Under the pieces are notes generated by a model, which was not told the origin of the DNA, made no database searches, and saw only the letters and a program-made list of their open reading frames with translations. This document shows, piece after piece, positions 38,201 through 47,506 of a DNA stretch of 47,506 bases (positions are counted from its first letter, which is position 1; each line of letters opens with the position of its first letter). The stretch comes from Catajapyx aquilonaris (taxonomy: Eukaryota), in NCBI GenBank assembly GCA_000934665.2, contig JYFJ02002996.1, positions 1-47,506 on the forward strand, written 5' to 3'. Both the position numbers and the translations under genes were made by a program.

Positions 38201-41200
38201 TGTACTGTACAGTCATTCAGTTACAGACAGATGATGACCTTACCTTGTGACCTCCTCCAGGCTATTCTTGGAGGCGGGAATCCGTCAGCTTGGCAATGCA
38301 GTGAGATGGTGGAACCCAAGATGGCACTTCGGTCTCTTGGCTCCAGCATCCATTGGGGCGGCACTGTAAGGCAGGCAAATCGATGGGTGGGGCACTTCCT
38401 TCGTTCCAACCACCCGACGAATATTTTAGAGAACGGTTTAAAGGGATGGGGGAGGATAGCAGGCACTCGTGGTGCTTTGCAGAGTTAATTGAGAAAGAGG
38501 ACAGCTAAAAGGGAGGTGGGATTTGGTGAGGTGGAGGGGGGGGGGGCGACAATTCAATTGCTTTAGGCTCAATTAGAAGGAGCTGTGTCCCTTCTATTAA
38601 CTGGTCTTTAGGGGGTAATGCACGGCTAGATCAGATTTGGTGACTGGCACTGCACAAAAATAAGGGAAATGTCACCTCCTTACTCTTAAAGGGCAGAGGG
38701 AAAAAATGTTATGGCGGACCGTACGACTACTCTCGTTCTGCCTAAGGCACTTAAGATAACACCAAATGCGTCAGATACAGGGAGGGAAAGAATAGGGACA
38801 AAAAAATTAATGTCCTGCCAGACCGGACGTCTTCACTGCACTCTTTTGTGCTTTAACATCACACTTTTTTGTGTGTCCAAAGTGCGGGTGGAAGACATGC
38901 GGCTCTGGCAGTCATAAACCCCACTTTTAAATCTACCCTACTGTATATAATAATAATAAAAAAACTTAAAAATCAAATGGGCATAACGCATGCAATGTTA
39001 GTGACTAGTGGATGCAAGGTATGTACGTATGTTCACTACAATAAATTGTATGGACACGTGTTGGTCTTTTGGAGTGTAAAGGCTTCGTGCACCAAGGGTC
39101 TACTGTGCTTTGTGCAATCCCCCTATCTGGTAAATGTTCTAATAGTAAGCTTTTGTAGAGCATTCTCAGCCCGTAAAGCGCATTCCAGCAATAAGCATAT
39201 ATACTTGCATTTAAAAAAATAAAGCCAGGATATCATTTGCATGCCCGGGTTGGATTGAACACTATCCGTACACCGCCTCTCTTGATTCGTTATCTTCCGG
39301 AACGCGACTAATGGCATTTTTAATAAACAACTCGCGGTACGGCCATATCCTAACACTCGTTCGGTTAAACTGCTGGAAATAATGCGGGCATTGCCCGTTG
39401 ATAGCCGCTGGCAAACGTTACAATTACATTAATTCGGCCATGTAAATTACTATTTCAGCCAGAAAGTTACCATCGCAGTCTATTCCGGGTACTTGCGTTG
39501 AATTAGATCTCGCAGCAGCAAACGACTATTAAACTATAACGACCTTAATTGGACTTGAGTACCCGTACATTAAAACTGTAATTTTCAAGTCCCCCTTTTT
39601 TTGTTTTGTGACCTGTCTCCAAGAAAGGCCCATTCATCTCTTGGCACCTGGTACAACACACAAATAAATAAAAGCCCCACGTCTCTTCTTGCATGGAGGC
39701 TGGGAGTGCCTGCGACACCCTATATAACTATCAGCCAGAAGCCAAAGTGACCTTTCTGGCTCTATTCTGGGGGACCGCAGGAAGCCAATTTCGGCAGGGC
39801 TATGAAAGTCCATTACAGGAGGGCCTGAGTTAGGTTTCGGGGAGGCTTCGTACAACGCCTCGTCTGCCCAGCTCGCTCCAAATATTGGCGATTTCTATTC
39901 ACTGGGGGAAGGCGAGCGAATGGTAAATGAAGCCGTTGCCGACTCCATTGAATCGGCCTCTGCCAACTTTTTTTTTTTTTTGCGTGAAACCATAACGTAT
40001 CCATATATATACAACATGGCCGCATATCTCAGGTATATACCCCTAGGGCTTGGGGAAGCCAGCTTTTCATACCGGGGCATGTAAATACCCAGACAGGAAG
40101 ACAAGATAAGCGGGGGGTGGAGATAGGTTCGCTTTTCATGCAGGAGTTGGAGTAGAGGAAATAAAGCTATGCATGCAGAGTGCATTTGGGGGTGGGATTC
40201 TTTTCATATATATATTTTTTAGAGAGAAAGAGAGAAACGTAACGAGTTACAGAAACTCCCAACCACCCAGTTTCATGTGTGAGCACCGCTTGTTGTGCGT
40301 TGTATTTAGTATATAGGTCGCCCGGTCTTTTTTGTCCGTTTGCATGGTTCCTACAAGTGTGATGTGATCACATGACCTGATTTGATATTTTTTTATTATG
40401 CAATATATTTAATTGGAATCGGGCGTTTGCTTGTTTCTGCGTATTTGGAGTTTGGAGGTAAACTACTGTTTGGGAGGAGTGCGATGGAGTTGGTAGAGGA
40501 AAATGAGGGTATCATGCTGGAAAATGTTGGTGAAGGAATGGGGTGAAACAACACACCAAAAGAAGGACACAAATTCGAACACTGGGAATGGTGTAGGGGG
40601 TTAAAACACACAGGTGCACACACTACTGTGCAATGCGTGACGTTTGAGGCAAAGGTGGGCGTGTATGGAAGTGAGGAGGTCACCTGACGTAAAGGCCGTA
40701 ACAGAAAAATAGAAACCGAGCCGGAAAGAAGGACCAAGAAAGGAATGTTATTTAGGGCTGGCGAAGGGTTAAGAAAATGAACGAAAACAGGAAGACACGA
40801 CGTGACTACAGAGAAAGCGACTCAGAGAGATATTATATACAGTATAAAGAGATAGTTATAGATATAGAGAGATAGATAGATAGAGAGCTACAGTAGTGGA
40901 GTACGTTACCACTGATTTTCAACTGTGCAGTGTAGGCAACCTCCCGTGCTGGATTGCGTGCTACGCAAGTGTAGTTCCCATTGTGAACAGGTGAAACGCT
41001 ATTGATGGTGAAAATGCTAGAGTATGTGTTGAAGTCTGTGATGTGAATGTTGTTGTGCTGCGAAGAGTGAAGGGGTTGCGAGTCTTTCATCCAGGTAATC
41101 GTGAGGGGCAGATCCCCGTGCGGCACAATGCACTGCACTTGCACACGTGCACCCTCGGTTAAGTCTTGGAAAGTGAAAGGTGTTATCTCAGGCGGCACTG

Positions 41201-44200
41201 AAAGGTGTATGTAGAAAAAGAAAAAATGTTGTGAGGCATATAAAAATATAGTGCATGGGACACTGCATGGAGTAACTACAGTCAAGTTTCCGGTGCATCA
41301 AGCTGTATAATATACAGTATAATATATAATAGGGGGCCCAATAAAAAAAGAAATAAAGTGACAAGAAAAAAGTCAGAGCTAAAGGCAAGGGGTGTTGACA
41401 AATAAATAATTGTATGTATATAATTATATATAATATATATACGTAGTAGCAACACGAGGGCATATCACACGTTACCATTCACCGACAGCTGAACAGAGTG
41501 TGAAGCTGTGGCTGCATTGTTACGAGCAGTGCACGTGTATGTGCCACTGTGCACCGTGGTCAGATTTTCGATCATGAGCGTGCTGGAATATTCGCCCAAA
41601 CTTTTCACGACAACATCCGGGACTCCTTCCATCGCCTGCTCATCCTTATACCACTCAATGAAGAGAGGAGGATCGCCCTTGGTGACAATGCATTGCAGGT
41701 AGATCCTCTCTCCGAGGTGCAGGTTGTTTTGAATCGTAAAGGGATAAATGCTGGGCGGCTCTGAAAGTAAGTAAAGAGAAAGGCCCTCGTGCATACACAA
41801 ACACTTGTTACCCCACATTTCATTCAGTCCTCCTTAGAAAGAAACCGAAAAAAAGTCCCCCAAGCCTTTGCTCAGTCGGCACTCACTATACTCCGGCGCA
41901 GCTTGTAGTCTCCTAGCAGTAGATTAGTCGAGTTTGTAAAGAAACTTTTTTTTCTGAGACGGCATGCTGCACGGGCGGAGAAGGTAACTTTCTTTTACAG
42001 CTTCCCACCACTTGGCTAACCAGCAGGGTTAGGCCATGCTATAAACATGTTTGTCTTTTTCTCAGCACAGGAGCGTCTAACGTTTACTTCCAATCGATAG
42101 ACCCCGACCACACAACACTTTGTTTTACCAGGAGCCAATAGCAGTGCTGGTGCAATGACATTGTTTTCCATTATTTTAGCAAATGTGTTCGGGCCACAAA
42201 TGTATCACCCATTCATTATACGTGGGGCTGCGTACATTCCGGTGCAACAAACCGTTTCTGTACAAACTGGACTCAAACAAACTGGAAAATAAACAGGCTA
42301 CATTATGTTTACCTTACTCGTAATGACTCTACATTACACGTCCGCCGTATCTGTCACAAGAGTAAATACATGCCCATAATGTCCACAAGGCTAGTGACAG
42401 AATCGGCGGCAACATTGACATTACATGAACAAGCAGCATCAGAGCGCCAATTATATTATACACATTACGATATTTTACTGCAGTAAATGCGGATCTTGCC
42501 TTGTACACCATAATATTTCCATTGGTGTGATACAAAATTATGCGGTTTGATCCGAAAGTTACCGCAATATCAGGATTGTTTATTCTAGCAATATTCGCTT
42601 GTGGTCGTCACTTCTCTGGAATAAACAATCCGCAAATTTTTCCCTCTCTTGGACTGCGACTTGGGCAGAGCTTTTTCTCCACAGTGAACTCGCTGGAGAC
42701 CTTTCAACACCAACCATCTCCGTCAATTTGACCGTGAAACCCTAGTTAATCAGCCTCAAAACGGCAGACTTTCCCGTCTCCACATAACCGTCAAGCCCAA
42801 AGTCGTCATCACTCTAACAAGAAACCGTGGGTCTTACTTGCTCCTGCTTTCAAATGGCCCGCGTCAGTAGTAGTAATAACACTGGAGAGACTTAGTCCTT
42901 TTAAGTGACGGAGACAAAGTAATGGAGATGATGAGAACCGGAAGCACTCATAGTCGCCCCAATCAAGTGTCCCACACCTGCAAGCACCATCAGTTTGAGC
43001 TATTAAGCGCCACGAACCGCTCGTTAGTTTGGACAAGGCAGAGGCCTCTCCTCGAAGCCACAATTCCCACTCGGAGCGTCGTATGTCATGGCAGACAATG
43101 ACGGAAATTGTCTTATCATCCGGGACGCGACCCCCCCTTTTGGTTAAAGGTTGTGGTCCCGGAAACTTCCAGTTCCATAAAAACCAATACCGGCAACTCT
43201 GCCAATATTGACAGCAAGATGTCTGCCGGAAATGGGCCAGATTGCCAGATAAATTTTGGGGGGGTTGGCACATGTGGCCAAAAACTGGTGGCAAGAAACA
43301 AGCCGCAACGAATCAATAGGTGATGAGTCGTTAACTTCTAATACGACCCTATACCCACACTAATTTAGAGTTTAGATTTGGAAGCGATAATCGGTGTGCG
43401 GTTGCAAACTGTAATGGAAACCATTCCAATTACGTTTCAAAAAAGACGCTTAGTTTCCGAATTTATAGCCAATCCTCACTCACTCTGTAACAGTCGATAA
43501 AAACGTAATGATCAAACCACAATGATAACGATTGGATGCAGACTCTAGGGAGGGAAGCGAGATTATCCATTAGCAATTGTTATTCAAACATTCCCGCAAT
43601 CGTGCCAGGATTTGATATCCAAAAAAAACTAGAGAAGGGCGAGAGAAAGAAGGAAAAAAGGATAAAAGATTCTCAGGGATCTGAACTGCTTCCAGAGGCC
43701 TACCAATTTCGGTTAGGCGAGATTAAATGGCGCCAAGGCTCGTTCAATTCTCTTCTTCTGTCTTTACAGATCTCATTTTGGAGAGAGCAGGGCTCGCTCT
43801 TTTTCCAAGAGACAATTCTTATATGAGATGGGTATCCCTTCTCTCACTTTTTTTCTTTCCTTCTCAAGCAGACGCGATTAATAAAGAAAATCCTAGAAAT
43901 TTGTAAGTTCCCGAAAGATAGGTTACAGCCTCATAAATATACCGGCGGTCATTTTCCGCGACGCAAATTAGACGTCCTTTTGCACAACTGACGTGCAATA
44001 ATTTCTTTTTAGGGACTAGGTATTTTCAAAAAAAAAAGGCTTGCTCGACTCCCACAATCCATCTTCCGTAAGCGTTTACTTTTCTCCTGACGTAAATCCA
44101 ATATCTCCATCTGACTTACGGCTTAATGTTCATGCAAACGGCCTATTGTCATTCTGACACACACACAAAAAAAGAGCGCGGTACGGACCATCTGGGACAT

Positions 44201-47200
44201 CTCTTGAGTCGCTATTCATGCATGCCTTGTACTTGAGAACATTTCGATACAAATAGGGCGAGCTCGAACTAGACGCGACCCGCTGCGACTCGAGACAAAG
44301 ATGAACGACGTTGGATATGAAATTAATCGTTTCTTTTCAGTTTAGGATCAAGGTGACAAATTGCTCCGTCGAGTCGAGTCAAGAAAAGAGGGGGAGCGAA
44401 AAACTCGAAAATTCCTTTTTGAAAAAAAATAATAGTTCCGGACGAAATGCACTTTGATCATTAAAGGCTTAAAAAATTGTGGCGGAAAGTGTTAGTGAAG
44501 ACATCAAGTTGGCTTGTTGAGTAATAGACTCACCCATGATTGCCACATCGACACTACCACGTGCTGCGTGTCCCTGTCGGTTTCGAGCCTCGCATGTGTA
44601 CGTCCCTTTGTCCACCTTTTGCTGGACGTTCTGAATGGCCAGAGTTCCGTTCTTGGACACTCTCTGGCGATGATTGACCGGAAGCTGTCGGGCATCTGGA
44701 AATAAACATGTCAACTACATTTACCAGAACGAAAAAAATGCATAAATGTCACAAAAATATTATTACGGACAAGCATAAAATTCACAAGAGAGGGACAGTG
44801 TGGGTATGATTCACTCATTGTTTTTCATGTGGTTTGACGTCAATGTGACAAGGCTCAGCACTCTCAGTAGTCTGAAAGTGGGTCAGGTAGCCCGGACCTA
44901 TACACATACTTTCCTATTTATACTGTAAGAGATATGATAAAAAAATGTTAAATTTCGAAGCACTTTCACCACAGCTCTGGTTTTTCTGAGACATGCTGTA
45001 CGCGAAGATATTGTCGCCTAGTGTAATGATTGATTGCGGAGAATAATGTGGTTTAGTGATGAGCTCTCGTTTACCCGACGGATTAATCGACTTGAGAGGC
45101 CGAACGTGATAATGGAACCGGCGTTGGTGAGCATCAATTGACGGATTAAACAGCTTGGCAATTTCCTTTACGCGCTTGCAAGCGACGGTTTTTGTAATTG
45201 GGGAATGAAGGGAGGAAGGCCTGCAAGAATGCCTGAACAGTTACTTGGTCAGTTAGTGTAATGAGTGCTCACATGGTCGAAAATCCTCGACAGACTTGAC
45301 GCCTGGCAAATGAGAGCGCAATTTCCTCGCCCAAACACAAGGTCGGTCCCCCGCAAGCGTTGGCTGTTTTCACTGTCCCCCCCTGCTACTACAGTACCCT
45401 CTCTCTGGGTTCCAAACTCGTTTAATTCCCAGCCTAGGATTGAGGCCAGATTGAAGGCGGTCCGAACACTCCTTGCCAACAACGGCTCAATATATGCAGT
45501 CCAGTAATCAGCTGGTGGGGACCTGTTAGTTAGCGCACTACTTCACAATTTCCGCAAAATCTAGTTACCTACATGAAGTTCGCATATTCAGCCCGGACCT
45601 GCAGGACGTGCTGCAGAAGCTAATCTTAAGTTCATAATGGTGTACTGTCCACGAGTAAAAACTTGGTCTGGGATTTGGTCAATTTGTACGCGAATAGCTC
45701 AACCTTGAGCTCAACCATATACCCATCAACAATCCGCGATATAATAAATTACCGCGGATTTAAAAGTCACTCAAATTGGCGGGACGAATTGGGCGTGGCC
45801 TAAAAGGCGCATTCCCACTCATGCCTGACCACAGTGACGTCAGCAGACCAGCTTTACTGGCTCAACATGGTAAACACACAGTTTAAAAACATGCAGTTTT
45901 ATCCCTCAAAAAATGTGGCACGATAAGACGCAGCTATCTTTGGTAGGCGAGGATGGCATCGAGGGGCCCGTTTGTCTGGTTGACATACCGCAGTAGGGGT
46001 CCTGATACTGGAGCCTCGTCACGTGCACCGAGCTCGTTTCCATGGATGAGCTTTGCTCCTGGTTTACACCTAAGGGCAGCATCCAAACGCCGGGAATGGA
46101 CACAGGACTTGCCACTTAGTGATTATGACATGGACATTGCGGGGCCCCACATTTCTCGTTAAAGTGGTCCCGAAAAGTGATAAAATTTGCTGCACACGTG
46201 CTGCTCGTCAATGGACCACCATATACTGGTGGGTGCAGTATTGAAACGACGTGTTTGACGCCCCTCGGTGCCTGCAACTCCCCAGCTACTCATCTCTCTC
46301 GGACCCCCACCAAATAGTGTTGTGCAAACTTGTATAACCAGGCACGAGCCTACCATTGTGGCCGGCTAATTATGCTCAAAGTGCGAACATGCCGCGTACA
46401 GATAACCGGCTAGCAAACTTTCCCTTCGGAAATGGTTAGGCCTTATAAGTAAGAAAGGCGTCCCCTTTAATATGTCCATGATGTCGCGGAAATGCAATCA
46501 TATTTCAGGACCGCTACGGCTCCGGACTTACTTAGCCAGCATTTGCATTCCAATAGGACACAAGGCTCGTAATTGGAGGGGGGGCTGCTGCAATAAGTAG
46601 AGAGTTGGGCATCGTCCATTTAATTCCATTCCGTCCCTAGGGCGCGTCCATGTAAGTGCTATTTGCCTGTAGCAGTAGCTACAGGACAAGGTGCGATTTT
46701 ATAATTTCACTAAAAACAGCGCACTTTATTCAATACGCATAGTGTCCTATAGGTAGGACACTTGTGCAAATGTTACATTTTTGGTTAAATTACTAGTGAA
46801 CCAGGTGACAAATCAGTATGACACTGACAATCAAACAACTTGAATGAGATGGCCTGCCGATTTACCATGTAGTACTATTATTTACTCACATATGGCGCAT
46901 ATTCCCTTTGCACACTCAGGTCGGACAAACATCCGACGGAAAGAACAAGCCGATTAGGATAAATATGTTATTTCTTCATTCGTTAATAAAATTGCTATTT
47001 CTTCATTAGTTAATAAAATTGCTATTTCTTCATTAGTTAATAAAATTGCTATTTCTTCATTCGTTAATAAAATTGCTATTTCTTCATTCGTTAATAAAAT
47101 TGCTATTTCTTCATTCGTTAATAAAATTGTTATTATTTCTTCATTTGTTAATAAAAATTTTAAAAGTTAAAAAGAGTCAGCTGTTGATTGAAGTTTGGTC

Positions 47201-47506
47201 CAAGTGCCCGTCCTGTTTACACCACATACAGGCTCCCATTACACTCTCCTATCGCATTGACAGATCGTCTTCAGACCCAGGCTGAGTCGAATTTACGCGC
47301 CAAGTCATCCCACTCGTAATAGGCTATGTGACCGCGGTGATAAAATTCCCCCATCACTTGATCGCATTCTTTCCTCTCACGTACCCTTTGCCCCCCACCC
47401 ATTTTAATATATCCTATAAAGCAGGGGAATACCCGGCGGCCCTTAATTGATTTCAAGTCAAGAGTCGTTTATTTTTACCTACCTTTTTCCCAGGTGATGG
47501 TGTCGA
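6266..47506 (-). CDS. Dscam2: Dscam (Dscam2-like) Ig/FN3 cell-adhesion receptor, multi-exon, 5'-truncated by the window edge
   Basis: Ordered exons give Ig6-Ig7(x2)-Ig8-Ig9-FN1-FN2-FN3-FN4-Ig10-FN5-FN6-TM-tail, the diagnostic Dscam 9Ig-4FN-Ig-2FN layout. All hand-placed junctions are GT-AG and phase-compatible. The Dscam family call is secure. The Dscam2-like call rests on the duplicated Ig7 and on tail motifs (ENKQNMEQREQFY, LERIPEYGDDIYPYATF, ESSTSTEPSPISERR, ELSEAECD). Confidence 0.93.
6675..6812. mobile_element. MITE in the last Dscam intron
   Basis: Terminal inverted repeats GGCCCTAGTCTGGACA / TGTCCAGACTGAGGGCC, plus an internal inverted copy CTAGTCTGGACAGCGCAGGTAACTT / AAGTTACCTCCGCTGTCCAGACTAG. 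Confidence 0.7.
6836..6941 (-). CDS. Dscam2: Dscam cytoplasmic exon 4 (RLLGLLESSTSTEPSPISERRMFLNQQQQQRGRA)
   Basis: Acceptor TTGCCTCCAG|GT (in-frame alternative CTAG| starting at 6929), donor AG|GTAAAC, 106 bp, phase 1-2. Confidence 0.8.
8604..8657 (-). CDS. Possible 54-bp alternative cytoplasmic cassette exon (NTLRQVRKKTGNGTCGCA)
   Basis: CACCAG|AC...GCAG|GTAGGT. Symmetric phase 1-1, stop-free, and fits between its neighbours. No homology support. Confidence 0.35.
8759..8990 (-). CDS. Dscam2: Dscam cytoplasmic exon 3 (LDTDEYCHVRKTKSPKRKSFRSESEEYDSLGSDSDTEHGTSSRTESSNQLED...NIHH)
   Basis: Acceptor TTCCTTCTAG|CTA, donor A|GTAAGT, 232 bp, phase 0-1. Contains the SESEEYDSLGSDSD-type motif. Confidence 0.85.
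9160..9299 (-). CDS. Dscam2: Dscam cytoplasmic exon 2 (EYGDDIYPYATFQVQKNPETPSRQKAFQTFLFHDSMKRDPETMACRT)
   Basis: Acceptor TTCTCCTCAAG|AA, donor G|GTACGC, 140 bp, phase 1-0. Contains the conserved Dscam PYATF motif. Confidence 0.88.
9696..9851 (-). CDS. Dscam2: Dscam cytoplasmic exon 1 (KPTRNGVTSQESQPSVTLENKQNMEQREQFYAAMHKNVPPPPVVSDTLERIP)
   Basis: Hand-translated; not in the ORF track in this frame. Acceptor ACTTTCAG|AA, donor G|GTAACT, 156 bp, phase 1-1. Carries a Dscam2-like NKQNxxQREQxY motif. Confidence 0.88.
9996..10988 (-). CDS. Dscam2: Dscam exon: Ig10-FN5-FN6-transmembrane (single 993-bp exon)
   Basis: Acceptor TCTTACAG|TA, donor A|GTACGT. Contains DAGNYTC (Ig10), DDGGSPVSGY and WQDGGCPI (FN5/FN6), and the hydrophobic segment ITLPIAASVIAVVLTFVTVIICW followed by RR. 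Confidence 0.95.
11051..11347 (-). CDS. Dscam2: Dscam exon: FN4 (VPEAPSNVKAV...YEFWVTASTKIGEGPST...PNQR)
   Basis: Acceptor GTGTAG|TG, donor G|GTGAGT, 297 bp. Contains the YEFWVTASTxIGEG Dscam FN4 signature. Confidence 0.95.
11419..11574 (-). CDS. Dscam2: Dscam exon: FN3 C-terminal half (GTVDTETKVTSAKTTILHGLRKHANYSIQVVSFTQVGDGIKSEPIWCVTEED)
   Basis: Acceptor CCTCGGCAG|GT, donor G|GTAAGG, 156 bp. Confidence 0.93.
11651..11797 (-). CDS. Dscam2: Dscam exon: FN3 N-terminal half (PSASPQEVKCIALTSQSVQVSWEPPPEEERNGIIEGYKVFY)
   Basis: Acceptor CTCCTTCCAG|TC, donor G|GTGAGA, 147 bp. Confidence 0.95.
12296..12474 (-). CDS. Dscam2: Dscam exon: FN2 C-terminal half (KNKAGAYNFTTV...NLKSYTKYGFVVQAFNPKGAGPISDEVLAETLES)
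   Basis: Acceptor CTCTCAG|G, donor A|GTGAGT, 179 bp, phase 2-1. Confidence 0.93.
17292..17598 (-). CDS. Dscam2: Dscam exon: FN1 C-terminal half plus FN2 N-terminal half
   Basis: Acceptor CCTTCCAG|AC, donor AG|GTATGA, 307 bp, phase 1-2. Contains GLHPAITY...NQLGQSDPS and WLPP...NGKVLGYYLG. Confidence 0.93.
18547..18678 (-). CDS. Dscam2: Dscam exon: FN1 N-terminal half (DVPGAPYDVRVVDLSSRIVKLTWMEPYDGNSAIAKYVIRYRKES)
   Basis: Acceptor TTCCCTGCAG|AT, donor G|GTAAGG, 132 bp. Contains the WxxPYDGNSxI FN3 motif. Confidence 0.95.
25625..25773 (-). CDS. Dscam2: Dscam exon: Ig9 C-terminal half (YRIKESNLEAAMFSELTIPNVSRQDSGTYICLATNTFGQDQTTLDLLVQ)
   Basis: Acceptor GTTTCAG|G, donor G|GTAATT, 149 bp, phase 2-1. 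Contains DSGxYxCxATNxFGxD. Confidence 0.95.
28131..28278 (-). CDS. Dscam2: Dscam exon: Ig9 N-terminal half (ALPRFAVKSKKESVKRASNAVLLCEAQGDLPMQIVWRKEGEVLPLGDHDR)
   Basis: Poly-T tract then TTGCAG|CG, donor AG|GTGAGT, 148 bp, phase 1-2. Confidence 0.93.
29214..29262. repeat. (AG)n microsatellite, about 24 units
   Basis: Directly visible. Confidence 0.97.
33153..33329 (-). CDS. Dscam2: Dscam exon: Ig8 C-terminal half (GKEPGSFTAIHPNRFQMEQLENGTLLIYDVREEDEGHYLCEANNGIGAGLSAVIFLTVN)
   Basis: Acceptor TCCTCCCACAG|GC, donor G|GTGAGT, 177 bp. Contains the YLCEAxNGIGAGLS signature. Confidence 0.95.
38045..38170. mobile_element. Small palindromic MITE-like element
   Basis: 27-bp arms GACGGATTAGTCACTCCAATCGCGCAA / TTGCGCGATTGGAGCGACTAATCCATC (2 mismatches), plus an internal partial copy TGGAGTGACTAATCCATC. 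Confidence 0.7.
38244..38363 (-). CDS. Dscam2: Dscam exon: Ig8 N-terminal half (VPPQWMLEPRDRSAILGSTISLHCQADGFPPPRIAWRRSQ)
   Basis: Acceptor CTTACAG|TG, donor G|GTAAGG, 120 bp. Contains the VPPxWxxEPxD and CxADGFPxP motifs of Dscam Ig8. Confidence 0.95.
40845..40886. repeat. GATA/GAGA-rich simple repeat just downstream of the Ig7 exon B donor
   Basis: gagatagttatagatatagagagatagatagatagagag. Confidence 0.7.
40910..41197 (-). CDS. Dscam2: Dscam Ig7 variable exon B (VPPEITPFTFQDLTEGARVQVQCIVPHGDLP...HNGNYTCVARNPAREVAYTAQLKIS)
   Basis: Acceptor CACCTTTCAG|TG, donor G|GTAACGT, 288 bp, phase 1-1. Encodes a second complete Ig7-type domain. Confidence 0.95.
41476..41760 (-). CDS. Dscam2: Dscam Ig7 variable exon A (EPPSIYPFTIQNNLHLGERIYLQCIVTKGDPP...HSGTYTCTARNNAATASHSVQLSVN)
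   Basis: Acceptor TTACTTTCAG|AG, donor G|GTAACGT, 285 bp, phase 1-1. Encodes a complete Ig7-type domain (PPxIxPF, CxVxxGDxP, W, YSSxL, HxGxYTCxARN). Confidence 0.95.
44534..44695 (-). CDS. Dscam2: Dscam exon: Ig6 C-terminal half (DARQLPVNHRQRVSKNGTLAIQNVQQKVDKGTYTCEARNRQGHAARGSVDVAIM)
   Basis: Acceptor TTTCCAG|AT, donor G|GTGAGT, 162 bp, phase 1-1. Contains the DxGxYxC motif. Confidence 0.95.
46966..47155. repeat. 27-bp minisatellite (TTGCTATTTCTTCATTCGTTAATAAAA), about 7 copies
   Basis: Directly visible; it produces the repetitive LLFLHSLIK ORF. Confidence 0.95.
47483..47506 (-). CDS. Dscam2: Dscam exon (partial): end of Ig6 N-terminal half, (I)DTITWEK
   Basis: Minus strand TC GAC ACC ATC ACC TGG GAA AAA G|GTAGGT. 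Phase 1 joins the next exon to give ITWEKDARQLP, the Ig C-strand Trp motif. Confidence 0.85.

Noticed and set aside
41340..41475. Steric-hindrance mechanism through a distant branch point (sense CTGAC plus pyrimidine tract near 41376-41342)
   Set aside because: It is about 100 nt from exon A's donor, too far for steric exclusion, and several AGs lie between it and exon B's acceptor.
38364..44533. Additional Ig7 variants (a Dscam1-like large exon array)
   Set aside because: No further PPxIxPF or GxYTC motifs were found in the flanking introns, and ORFs 40396-40737 and 42809-43294 are not Ig-like. Highly decayed copies cannot be excluded without an HMM scan.
47046..47285. Repetitive ORF LLFLHSLIK; likewise the SLSLSL/ERERER ORFs near 29.1-29.5 kb
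   Set aside because: They are translations of the minisatellite and microsatellite.

Overview
This is eukaryotic, most likely arthropod, genomic DNA. It is dominated by the 3' two-thirds of one Down syndrome cell adhesion molecule (Dscam) gene on the minus strand, from the window end (inside Ig6) down to a stop at 6266. I assembled 20 exons by hand. All junctions are GT-AG and phase-compatible, and they encode Ig6-Ig7-Ig8-Ig9-FN1-4-Ig10-FN5-6-TM-cytoplasmic tail (about 1,415 aa with one Ig7 exon). The tail motifs are Dscam2-like. The key feature is two tandem, about 40%-identical Ig7 exons (41476-41760 and 40910-41197), a candidate mutually exclusive pair. Around them are short complementary intronic elements that could form a two-state RNA secondary-structure switch. 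Downstream of the gene (1-5 kb) is a repeat cluster: a 225-bp-arm inverted repeat, a structured tandem array with a perfect 35-bp hairpin, two tRNA-derived relics, a decayed mariner and MITE ends. Most other ORFs in the track are intronic noise or antisense shadows.
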